Shown: positions 12,107-22,600 of the stretch, piece by piece
Position numbering within the stretch: position 1 is the first letter of the stretch
Layout of the letters: each line of letters begins with the position of its first letter
DNA from: Strigamia acuminata
Taxonomy: Eukaryota
Assembly (NCBI GenBank): GCA_949358305.1
Contig: OX442314.1
Span: 11,532,001-11,596,000, forward strand
Length of the DNA stretch: 64,000 nt
Reading direction: 5' to 3'
Notes under the pieces: generated by a model
The model's input: only the letters and a program-made list of their open reading frames with translations
Database searches by the model: none
Told to the model about the DNA's origin: nothing
Position numbers and translations under genes: made by a program

Positions 12107-15100
12107 ATGGACGCCCTTGATCGTTTGCGCGCTCAACAAGCCACGTCCAGAGAAGGAGCCAAGCGGTTATGTAATGCGGTACTCGTCGAATTAGCCAACG
12201 TTGCTCCAGAAATCCTCGCGTTGAAACGATTAAAAAACCAGTTGTTAGCAAAGAGTGAACAATTGACAGCGCTCGACGATAAGATATCGCCGATGATTGT
12301 TACGCGTGCGGATTTGGAGAAAGAAGAAAGCGACAACGAAGATTTCCGTGAGTTGATAATCGACTCTCTTACCGATATTGAAGTCAAATTGGAAGAACTT
12401 TTACGGCCACCAGCACCAGTTATACCCCCAGCGATTCCAATCGGCGGCAGCGCCACGAGCAACTCAGGCGAAGGGACAATAAAGCTGCCAAAGTTAGTAA
12501 TGCGGAATTTCAGCGGGAATCCTGTTGAGTGGTCAAAGTTTTGGTCCAATTTCGAGTTGAGTGTCCACGGCAACGGTTCACTTACAGCAAAAGCCAAATT
12601 CGTATATTTGAACTCAGTTCTCGAAGGTACTGCAGCAACAGTTGTTCATGGTCTCAAAATCAGCGATGAGAACTATGAAACTGCAGTAACTTTACTTCAA
12701 AATCGATTTGGGCGAAAAGAAGTCATCGTGAACGCTCACATTCAGACTTTGATGAAACTTAAACCAGTAAAACGAGTTAGCGACCTCGTTGAGTTGCGTA
12801 GACTCTACGACACGTGCGAATTGCATATTCGAAGTCTCGAGACTGAAGAAATCGATACAGCCACGTTTGGAATTGTATTGTGTCCATTGATACGAAATGC
12901 GGTGCCTGACGTTATTGCACTTGATTTTGCACGCAAAAATAAAGAAAACACTCACGATATGAAACTGTTTTTGGAGTTTTTCAGAGCCGAACTGGAGTTA
13001 CGAGAAGAACACGTAGCCGTGAGCGACCAGACAGAGAAACCAGCCGCCAAGACGTTCGTCGACTACAAGAAGCCGACGCGTAACGACAAAATAGCCTCAG
13101 CCAATGCATTGACTACCAACGTTTCATCATCCAGTTGCGTATTCTGCGACGATGCGTCGCACAAGAAGGAAGATTGTCCGCTCAACATTCCAGATCGATT
13201 GAAGCGGTGCATGTCAAAACGAACGTGTTTTAGATGTTTGGGCAGCAAACATATGGCGCGCAGCTGTCCCCAGAAAGAGAAGTGTGTGAACTGTGAGCGG
13301 TTTCACCATATCCTGTTGTGCGAAGCGTCGAATACCAAGCCAGAGACCGTGCTTGTGTCAACGTTGACAGCAGCAGCAATTACAGCAGAGAACACTGACT
13401 TATTTTTGCAAGTATTAATGACAAATGTGGAATCGAATTGTAAAACCAAGGCTGTGCAGTGCATGTTTGATGGCGGAAGCCACAGATCGTTTATTAGCCA
13501 GAAACTAGTGAATGAACTCGATGCCCAAGTAGTGGGAAAGCAAAATATGCAGATTTCCAGTTTTGGCGACTCTAAAACAGAGAGCGTTTGTCGTCGTCGC
13601 GTGAAAGTGACTTTAAGAAATATTACCGATACTAATAAGTTTGTTGATTTAGAATTGATCGAGGTGCCACGAATAACTCACTCAGTCGCGAGGCAGTCGG
13701 GTCCAAACGTGCGCGAGATGTTGCGCAAACACAAGATCACCTTAAATATCGACCAGATGTCGACCCAACAAGACGAGGTGGCAATTCTAATTGGAGCGGA
13801 CCACTTTTGGCGTATCGTAACAGGCGAATCGAAACGTTTAGATGAGGGATTGATGTGTCTTCACACGTCTCTCGGTTGGACAATCCACGGCGCGATCAGA
13901 AGCCAAGATGAAACGGTTAGACAGTCAGCAACCCACGTGAATCTTGTGCAGTATGAAGACCGACTCGACCACCTTCTTCAACGTTTTTGGGAGTTGGAAG
14001 CAGTAGGCATTCCCCACGAAACTCTCACCAGCGCCCAGGACGAAGATGATCAAGCAGTAGCAAAATTTAAAGAGTCCATCAACTGGACGGGTGAGCGGTA
14101 CGAGGTGCGACTGCCTTGGTTGCTGGACAAATCAGAGTTGGACAGCAACTATCAAATTGCACTTAAGAGACTGTGGAATCTTGTTCGCAAGTTTAAACAA
14201 AATCCGGACTTGTACCACCGCTATAAGAAGGTTCTGGACGACCAGAAAATCGCTGGAATAATCGAAACGGCCCCAGAAGTAGCCAACCAGACTGGGTGTT
14301 ACTACCTCCCACATCGACCAGTAATTCGAGAGCGGAGAAGCACCACAAAATTGCGCATAGTCTACGACGCCTCGTCGCACGCGCAGAAGAGTCGCTCTCT
14401 CAACGACTGCCTGTTTACAGGGCCAAATCTCCTTCCAGAATTAATCAATGCCCTTTTATTTTTCAGACAATTCATTGTGGCATTGATTGGAGACATTAAA
14501 CAAGCGTTTCATCAAATTTTGCTGGCGTTAGCTGACCGAGATGCGGTGAGGTTTCTGTGGATCGCGGATGGATGGGACGTTGAAGGACCAATCGTGTTGG
14601 AGATTCTCCGACAAACCAGAGTCCTATTTGGAGCATCTCCAAGTCCCTATCTCTTGAACGGAACGATACAACACCATCTCGAACAATATGCAGATCGTTT
14701 TCCCGAATTAATTATGAAATTGTTAAAGAGATTTTATGTTGATGACTTTTTGAACAGTGAAAAGACAACAACAGAAGCCATTGATGTCTACAAGAAGACG
14801 TCAACAATCATGCTCGAAGCCAATATGGAACTAGTGAAGTGGTACAGCAATTCCCCAGTGCTACGAGAGCAATTTGCTGTTGACCATCCAACTGCAACGT
14901 TCGAAAGTGAGCAAAAAGTGTTGGGCCTGAAGTGGAATGGTGAGAGAGACGACTTGTCACTAGAACTCGAGGATGTGAAAGCAACTTTGGAACGTGAATC
15001 GAACACTAAACGGCAGGTTATTCAATTGGTTGCACAGATCTTCGATCCGTTAGGATTTGCGTCGCCGTTTACAGTTTCAGGAAAGCTGTTTTTCCAGCAG

Positions 15101-17305
15101 TTGTGGAAATTGCAGATTGGATGGGACAGTCGTCTCTCCCTCGAACTTCTCGAACAGTGGGAGAAATGGAAAAAGCAGTTGCCATTGTTGGAAAATATTT
15201 GCGTGCCACGACATTTTGGATTGGATGCAGAATTGAATAATCACGAAATCCATCTGTTTTGTGATGCGAGCCCCTTAGCGTACGGGGTGGTGGCGTACAA
15301 TCGTGTGCGTCACCCAAATGGAAGTTGTAATGTATTTTTTATTCTTTCCAAATGCAGGATCGCGCCAATTAAGACGATTACGTTGCCCAGACTCGAGTTG
15401 ATGGGAGCTTTGCTGCTGGCCAGAATTGCGCACAGACTGAAACAATTCACCACTGCAAAAGTTACAGCTTGGACAGATTCGACAATCGTTTTGTGTTGGT
15501 TGAACGAGAAAAGGAAAGCCATTCCATTCGTAGCCAGGAGAGTGGAGGAAATCCAGATACACGTACCTTTTTCGAGTTGGCGACACTGTCCAGGAGTCCA
15601 GAATCCAGCAGACCTTCTAACACGAGGGATAGATGCAGAGGCGTTGATTCAAGCGAATACGTGGTGGAATGGCCCCGAGTGGCTTGTGAAGGACGAGAAC
15701 GAATGGCCAGACATTAAAATAGACGAGAATAGCGACGAGATCGATTCAGAGGACTATTTGGCAGCAGCAGCCGTGATTCCAGAGCCACCATTGATGGACG
15801 AGCCATCAAAATACGGCAGCTGGAGACGATTAGTACGAGTGACCGGATGGGTGCAAAGATTCGTCAAAAACACCAGAGACAAAGTTAGAAATGGCGCACC
15901 GTTGACGGTGGATGAATTATCGGCAGCAGAGCTTTATTGGCTTCGTGTAATGCAACAATCGAACTTTGCAACAGAACTCGCAGCACTCAGCCATCGTCAG
16001 GAGTTCGCTCATAACTCTTTTTTGAACAAAGTCTCGTGTTATATAGACGAAAATGGTTTAATGCGATTGAATACCAGATTGCGATGGGCAAAAATCGACA
16101 GCAACATGAAAAATCCTTATGTTTTGCCCTCAAATCACATTTTAACCACTCTTATCGTTTCAGAAGCACATCAAAGAATTTTCCACGGTGGACTTGGAGA
16201 GACTTTGGCAGAAATTCGTCAAAAGTTTTGGATGCCAAAGCTGAGAAGGACAGTAAAAAGCGTGTTACACAAATGTTTCGTGTGCAAGCGAGTGCAAGGA
16301 CGTTTCGTGCGCCAGACAGAATCATCGTTGCCACCAGATCGTGTCACTCAAGCTGAGCCATTTCAAGTCGTTGGAGTCGACTTCGCGGGCCCATTGTACC
16401 AACGTAGTGGAGAAAAATGCTACATCGTCGTGTTCACGTGTGCGGTTGTTCGAGCCGTGCACTTGGAATTAGTTTCAAGCATGAATACGGAGCGATTCAT
16501 TCAGGCATTGAAACGATTTTTTGCGCGCAGAGGAGTCCCAAGCACGATCTACTCCGACAATGCGCTGACGTTCAAGCGAACAGAGAAAGAACTTTGTGTT
16601 TTGTTGAATGCAGTGAGAGGTGAACAGATACAAGGATTTCTGACCGAACGAGGCGTGAAATGGCAGTATATAGTCGAACGTGCACCGTGGTGGGGTGGCT
16701 TTTGGGAGCGAATGGTGAAGTCAACTAAGTCCAGCTTGAAAAAAGTCTTGGGAAAGTCATCCCTAGATTTTGAAGAATTGACAACCATTCTCTCGGAAGT
16801 CGAGTCGTGCATAAATTCGCGACCACTCTCCTACGTATACACTGAAGACGAAGACAGTCACCCACTCACTCCAGCTCATTTTCTGGTCGGAAAACGAAGC
16901 TGTACTTTGCCAGACCCCAGCCAAAAAACGATTCAACAGTTGCCATCGACATCAGTCACGATTTTGAAGCGTTGGAAACTCCGTCAACTGAAGTTAGGAC
17001 ATTGGTGGACGCGATGGCAAAAGGAATATCTCACCGAGCTGAGAGTTCACCGTAAAAATGATAAGAATTCACGAGAAGTTAAACAAGGAGATGTAGTTCT
17101 CGTAGAAGAGTTAAACCAGCCCAGGATGACCTGGAAAATAGGAAGAGTCGTTGAGATATTCCGTGGACGAGACGGTCGTGTTCGCGCATGTGAGATAAAG
17201 TTACCAGTCGGAAAGAACTTGCGTCGACCAGTACAGCGATTGTGCGTTCTGGAAACTCACGACATGGAAGAGTTGAGTGGTGATACCACTCCGGCCCCAG
17301 TGTGA
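12107..17305 (+). CDS. BEL/Pao gag-pol polyprotein (1732 aa from the first ATG)
   Basis: First ATG is in CAAAATGG context. Gag/DUF1759-like KLPKL..FSGNPVEWSKFW. Three Cys-His knuckles (CVFC..H..C, CFRC..H..C, CVNC..H..C). Protease FDGGSHRSF and ILIGAD. RT YYLPHRPV, KLRIVYDAS, SLNDCL.TGPNL, DIKQAF, FYVDD. RNase H FCDAS..AYG, TLPRLEL, WTDS, NPADLLTRG. Integrase H..H/CFVC, GVDFAGP, SDNA, WWGGFWERMV. C-terminal W.KEYL, GRDG.VR, RRPVQRL. No env ORF. Confidence 0.97.
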   Translation: MDALDRLRAQQATSREGAKRLCNAVLVELANVAPEILALKRLKNQLLAKSEQLTALDDKISPMIVTRADLEKEESDNEDFRELIIDSLTDIEVKLEELLRPPAPVIPPAIPIGGSATSNSGEGTIKLPKLVMRNFSGNPVEWSKFWSNFELSVHGNGSLTAKAKFVYLNSVLEGTAATVVHGLKISDENYETAVTLLQNRFGRKEVIVNAHIQTLMKLKPVKRVSDLVELRRLYDTCELHIRSLETEEIDTATFGIVLCPLIRNAVPDVIALDFARKNKENTHDMKLFLEFFRAELELREEHVAVSDQTEKPAAKTFVDYKKPTRNDKIASANALTTNVSSSSCVFCDDASHKKEDCPLNIPDRLKRCMSKRTCFRCLGSKHMARSCPQKEKCVNCERFHHILLCEASNTKPETVLVSTLTAAAITAENTDLFLQVLMTNVESNCKTKAVQCMFDGGSHRSFISQKLVNELDAQVVGKQNMQISSFGDSKTESVCRRRVKVTLRNITDTNKFVDLELIEVPRITHSVARQSGPNVREMLRKHKITLNIDQMSTQQDEVAILIGADHFWRIVTGESKRLDEGLMCLHTSLGWTIHGAIRSQDETVRQSATHVNLVQYEDRLDHLLQRFWELEAVGIPHETLTSAQDEDDQAVAKFKESINWTGERYEVRLPWLLDKSELDSNYQIALKRLWNLVRKFKQNPDLYHRYKKVLDDQKIAGIIETAPEVANQTGCYYLPHRPVIRERRSTTKLRIVYDASSHAQKSRSLNDCLFTGPNLLPELINALLFFRQFIVALIGDIKQAFHQILLALADRDAVRFLWIADGWDVEGPIVLEILRQTRVLFGASPSPYLLNGTIQHHLEQYADRFPELIMKLLKRFYVDDFLNSEKTTTEAIDVYKKTSTIMLEANMELVKWYSNSPVLREQFAVDHPTATFESEQKVLGLKWNGERDDLSLELEDVKATLERESNTKRQVIQLVAQIFDPLGFASPFTVSGKLFFQQLWKLQIGWDSRLSLELLEQWEKWKKQLPLLENICVPRHFGLDAELNNHEIHLFCDASPLAYGVVAYNRVRHPNGSCNVFFILSKCRIAPIKTITLPRLELMGALLLARIAHRLKQFTTAKVTAWTDSTIVLCWLNEKRKAIPFVARRVEEIQIHVPFSSWRHCPGVQNPADLLTRGIDAEALIQANTWWNGPEWLVKDENEWPDIKIDENSDEIDSEDYLAAAAVIPEPPLMDEPSKYGSWRRLVRVTGWVQRFVKNTRDKVRNGAPLTVDELSAAELYWLRVMQQSNFATELAALSHRQEFAHNSFLNKVSCYIDENGLMRLNTRLRWAKIDSNMKNPYVLPSNHILTTLIVSEAHQRIFHGGLGETLAEIRQKFWMPKLRRTVKSVLHKCFVCKRVQGRFVRQTESSLPPDRVTQAEPFQVVGVDFAGPLYQRSGEKCYIVVFTCAVVRAVHLELVSSMNTERFIQALKRFFARRGVPSTIYSDNALTFKRTEKELCVLLNAVRGEQIQGFLTERGVKWQYIVERAPWWGGFWERMVKSTKSSLKKVLGKSSLDFEELTTILSEVESCINSRPLSYVYTEDEDSHPLTPAHFLVGKRSCTLPDPSQKTIQQLPSTSVTILKRWKLRQLKLGHWWTRWQKEYLTELRVHRKNDKNSREVKQGDVVLVEELNQPRMTWKIGRVVEIFRGRDGRVRACEIKLPVGKNLRRPVQRLCVLETHDMEELSGDTTPAPV

Positions 17306-17629
17306 AAACTGGCGTTGTTAGAAGTAACAAGGTCGCACGAGTTCGAGGGAAAGAGCACGGCGCAGCACAGAGAAGCCAACCTGCAGGAGGTGTTTTTGAG
17401 TGATATTGGATGACGCGTGACCGGAAGTGCTGTAAAAGTGTCATAAATTATCTTGTTTCACCCTTTGTTCCCCTGAATTTGTACTTGTGACCCCCAGAAA
17501 TTACAATAAACTTGTTCTTAACCCAAAAAAGACATGCTTTATTTCGAGAATTCATAAAAGTTAGAAAAGTAGTAAATTTACACAGTTTTAGTCAAAATTA
17601 GTTACAAATTGACTTTGCGAATCTTCAAA
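17301..17629 (+). repeat. 3' LTR (329 bp)
   Basis: Identical to the 5' LTR. AATAAA at 17505-17510. Followed by the GAGAC target-site duplication. Confidence 0.97.
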
Positions 17630-19199
17630 GAGACAATGAATATATCAAACGAGGAAGTTTTTAAATAACCCACAACGATGAATTCGTTGGAATTATTAAT
17701 ATTATTATTATTTATTATACACTCCAATGGAGTAAAAATACAGGAAAGAATTATATTCTTATTAATTAATTCCCAAACTAAATAATTTTTTTTCAAATGT
17801 TTTTCTAATTTAAATAATAAAAAATAAAATAAAAATTGAACATTACATAACATTCAAAGAGAAATCAGATCTGCAATCATTTCTCCCCAAACGACATCCG
17901 GTCAATATCTCCAAAGAAAATTTAAAGGCGTCACCAACAACAAGTTGTGACACAAGAAAATATATCTTCAATTTTCCCCCATTACATCTACACAGGAAGT
18001 CAAATTTCCAGACGCAAACCAAAAGGTGACGGGAAACAATCCGTGCCGGACTCACCATCCGACAAACAAATTTTCATTTAAAAAAAAAAAAATCAATTTT
18101 ATTTTTTTCTTAACGATGGGTCACTTTTGACATTTCCATGAACTCTGGTAAACATTAAGCACGGGGTGCGTCGAGTCTCTTGGAAACCTGACACAAATTT
18201 CTATATATATAACAGCTATGCGTGCGCCATTCTTGCCAATGGGAGGCGCTTTTTATTTACAACAACGCATCTCACGCATGCGTGGACCCAACCAACGCCC
18301 CTCCACCCACCCACTCGATCCCAAAGCCAAAAAAAAATCCCCGTCCAGCAATACCATCTCAAGCTAATTACTTCCGCGAAACAAGTCGAAGGTTACACAC
18401 TAAAAACAAAACAAAAAAAATCCGTTTATTAAAGACGCTTTACGAAAATGAAGTGTTTCGCGCCTCTTCCAACCCCCCACCCCCCATCCCCCCCACACTA
18501 AAGCCTAAACCCACTTTTATCCGCTATTGAAAAATAACTGCGTTAACTTACATCGAGAGAGAGAGAAAGCGAGAAGGGGGGAGCAAAATAAGCCTACTCC
18601 GATACGCGTTCTTGATCCAGGTGTGTGCGTGGGTGTGCAGCTCACGTGCCTCGTTGCCCTCCCTTCACGTCAATACCCTTTAATTATGCTCTTCTCAAAC
18701 TTGAAAAACTTGCCCGCCACGTGAAAGAGTACAAACAAAATAAAAAATTTACTACCTTTAATTTATTGACTCAGATTTTAATCAATTTGCCCTTTTCAAA
18801 CCCTCTAATTGCACCAAACATTAAAAATAACAACAACATATACCTCAATCAATCCAATTCCACAATTCCCCACCAAAACACACTGACCAAACACTCGCGG
18901 GCCCCTCAACCCAACCTTCCCATGTCTATATGCCATTTCTAAACGACTCATTAATGTCCATCCATTCCTGGAACTCGTACCCCGTGAATCATTGTCTTAA
19001 TCAAGTCGCCGCATTGCATCGAGGTCATCCATACTGGACTTTCGCACACTTCCTTAGGCTTTTTTCCTTCCTTTTTCTTTCATACATTTTAATCGCCATC
19101 TAATGATTTATATATTCCTCTACCAGTCTTGTGTGGACACTGACCCTTTTTATCGAGCCCACATCTGCACCGAGTGACCGACGATCGACATGTCCGATA

Positions 19200-19660
19200 G
19201 CCGACTTGTTATTACTTATGCAGGAGGGTGTGGAGGGATGTTGCGGGGCCTCGTGGCCTTTCGCCCACCTGCTTATTACGAGAACAAGTGATGGGCGGTG
19301 GCCTTCAAAAATGTGCACGTTCAGCAAGAGCATCATGCAGCGCTGGCAAACGAAGGCCCTCGGACACTAGGGGAGGCTGGCGCTGGCCAACCCTCGAGGC
19401 AAAAGGGTCGTGTTGGCCTTGGGATTGGGATTGGGATTTTTGGATTGGGACGGACACAGCCTTGGGTGCCCGGTGCCAACTTCCACCGAATTCCTGCCTT
19501 ATGAGGACTCCACCCAAATAATACATGAGGTGGACGTTGCATCGGGCCAGGGGTGACCTCACCTCACTCCTGCTCTTTGCTATTGTATTGAAGTAGTCGC
19601 TTTCCTGGCTACCCCACCTTGATGGCAAACAGGTGAGTTGCGCGTTGTGTTGTGACGACC
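19200..19660 (+). pseudogene. Highly decayed non-LTR retrotransposon reverse transcriptase fragment
   Basis: The frame from 19552 reads GDLTSLLLFAIVLK*SLSWLPHLDGKQVSCALCCDD, matching the order and spacing of QGDPLSPLLF...L.G..VS.LA(Y/F)ADD. Upstream QEGVEGC and AFKNV are weakly like the QxGF..GC and KAFDSV motifs. Contains a stop and frameshifts. Confidence 0.5.
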
Positions 19661-22600
19661 CAGCCCAGACACGACTTGTAAAAATGGACAAGTTAAAGTT
19701 ATAAAATAGTCTAACGACCGGGAGAGGGCGAGACCCGCACAGGGAACAGTGGGAAATTCAAGGACACGGATAGTCCCAACGCACCTTTTAACGACAATAG
19801 AAGGAATTGTTTGACTTCTTGAGTGAATATAAAAATTAATGTCAAAAGCGACGCTTTTAAAGATACATTTTCACAGACGTCGTTTCTCATAAGGGCCCCG
19901 CGCAGGGCCCCAATGTGGACTTCACTGCTTGAAATTTCGTATTTACTTTACCGGAAAGTCAAGAAAATATGATGTAAAGATTGTATTTACTGTTTATTCT
20001 TTTTTGAGGCTCAACTAATCACTTCCAGCCGGCCCATCGCATTCATTGCCAAGTCCGCGCTCGCTGTTTATGTAATTTATTTCCTCCTTTCTTTATTTTT
20101 TATTTCTTAGGTGTAAATAAAAATAAATAAGTGGCAAATTTTCATGTTGTCTAAAATGTTAAAAATTTGTGTTTTAAATGTTTTGACAAAAAAGGGGTCG
20201 GTGGGAGGGAGGAAGATAGATATTCGAGTTGTGTCTCTTTCCTCGCTTCTGGAGAGATGCCATGCCATCTAAGGAGGATTCCAAGGATCTCGAGCTGACA
20301 TTGCATAGGGGTGGGCAGATGATTCAAGGGTGAGAGGGTGTCTGAAAATGTGTCCCATTCTTCGCTTGAGTCATATGGATATATTCCAAGGGAAGTTATA
20401 AACCTATCAAAAGTGCAGTTGTTTGAAAAACTAAAACTGTTTCTTTTAAAATAAGGTTAAATACTTTTTTATCTTATCGGATATATTTTATTTATCTATT
20501 TTGAGTAAAAATAAAACATCCAAGGTACAAAGATATGTTTTAAGATTTTTTATTTTATTTTTTTTTTTAATTTTAATTTTTTTTATTTGGTATCAAAAGT
20601 AATTAGTTAAATTTGGGTTATCAAATTAATTAAGTGGCGATTTTTAATCACTGCTAATCTAAATACTATAAATAATTACACACATTTAAATGTGTTATCA
20701 ACGGTTTTCAATTTGCAATTAAGATTTATACAGAATTTAACAGAAATAGAAATTCATTCAATATGTTTTTTAACTTTTATTTATTAATTTTTATTAATTT
20801 TAAATTTATTGTTTAATTGGGGTTGTTGAAGAAGAAAAACAAAATGTGTAATCGTTTCCGCAATGAAGTCCCCCTTTATACCCAGTTGAAGGTGCAAATT
20901 GCAGTCAACCACGTGACATTAGATAGAACAACAAATGATTTACTGAATCAAAATTAATTCAAATTAACCCCAACAAAAAAATTTTAAAAAAAATAAATAA
21001 ATCTTTGAATGACCTTTTAAAAAATGCATAACGAAACGAAACAAATCCATTAAAACAAACAGTATAATTACATTATATCTTAGTTTATTTTTACAACTAT
21101 TTTACAGTTGATTCTACTTCAACCAAAACGAGTCTTTAACCTACTCTCGAGTGATAAACATTTGGTATCTGAGCATTGCGTTTTCCTTAAGGGTGTGTTT
21201 TAATGTGTTTGAAGCCAAGAAACCAAAAAAAAAATTAAAAAAAAAATCTTTGTTTGCCAACTTAACTCTCCAAAGGTATACCCTTTACCCTGATTATTTT
21301 CCTAAAATAAACCACCTTTTAACTAATTTTTCCCCCTTTTAATAAAAATTATCTGGCTCCTTGCCTTTATAATTTTCTACTTACTCCTCCCATTGGCTCA
21401 TCTCTTGTTTATTTATGAATTTGTTCCAATTTATGTGCCTTAACCTACATATGTAAATCACCATCAGCATTTTAAAAATCTCAACAACATCCTCAAACTA
21501 ATGAAAACAACGACTGCGTAAATTTAGTATTGGCTGTAAAACCATTAAACGTAATCATCTCTTAAGTGGTATAAATAAAAAAAAGATCGAACTTGTTTTT
21601 TTTTTTCTTTTAATTTTTTTCTCCTCTCTCTCACTCTTTCTCTTCTATATAAGTGCCACGTGCAAGTTTGATGGGCACAGAAAGAGAGATGCTACGCGCG
21701 TGGAAGGCACTTAAAAATACCTCCAGCAGAGTTTTGTGCAGGTCATGTTTGGTCAGGTTTGAGACAGAGAGAATTGCCAGAAGAGTTTGCATTACGTAAA
21801 TTTACGACTCAAGACAGATGACCAAACAGACGCGGCTGCTATGGCTGCGGTCCTGAAATGGCAACCAAAGGGGGAAAAAGAAGGCAAATTTGGCTCTCGC
21901 AGTAAAGTGCAGATAAATTTGCAAACAGGAATTTCTTCAAAAATGCTTTCAAACCTTCTTAAACCTTTTAAAAAAAATTAATTAAAAAAAAAAAATAACC
22001 CAAAATTTTAAATTTCCTTGATCTGTATGCATGTATGCGCAGTGTAGTACGTACTGTTTAATATACATTACACATTACACGACACTGAATGCAATTTTAG
22101 ATTTCATTGAGTTGTTTAAATTTACGGTAACTTGTTTCCACATGCAATACACAGATTACAGATTTATACCGTAAGTCTGCGCATTTTTCTGAAAAATGGA
22201 CTCGAACATTAGCCAAATATTCTGACCTTTCTTGAATATGATTTAACGAAATCGTTTTATTTCCACCGTCAACCCGAAAAGCCAAAGCCTATTACATAAT
22301 ATATACAATTCATATTACACATAATTTTTAAAAACATTTAGCCGCAATGTTACGATTAACAAACTAGATATTTTCCACTTCCTTTCGCCAAAACCACGAA
22401 ACCACCAAAAATAAAAACCAATTATAAATTTTATCAATTGCACTTGTATCCTAGACTGGAATTTGATTCAAACACTAACATCACTCAACACTTGCCAATG
22501 ATCAAAGTCTAGAGTCAACAGTGTCAAGTGTAATCAAAAAATGCCAGGTCCATTGGCTCAACCAGGAATTCCAAACTGATCACTGACCCCATGTTTATAC

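Larger units (their letters stand above)
11679..17629 (+). mobile_element. Full-length BEL/Pao (Belpaoviridae) LTR retrotransposon
   Basis: Two identical 329-bp direct repeats starting TGTGAAAACT, flanked by GAGAC (11674-11678 and 17630-17634). It has a primer-binding site and an uninterrupted gag-PR-RT-RH-IN ORF with BEL/Pao-specific motifs. Confidence 0.98.

Noticed and set aside
13460..13495. Protease active site DGG instead of DSG/DTG
   Set aside because: As far as I recall, DGGS variants occur in other BEL/Pao proteases, so this is not evidence of inactivity or novelty.
12133..17444. Many short overlapping and antisense ORFs within the BEL element
   Set aside because: Shadow frames of the polyprotein with no independent motifs.
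22040..22087. Imperfect hairpin resembling a pre-miRNA
   Set aside because: Short stem with several mismatches and no match to a miRNA I recognise.
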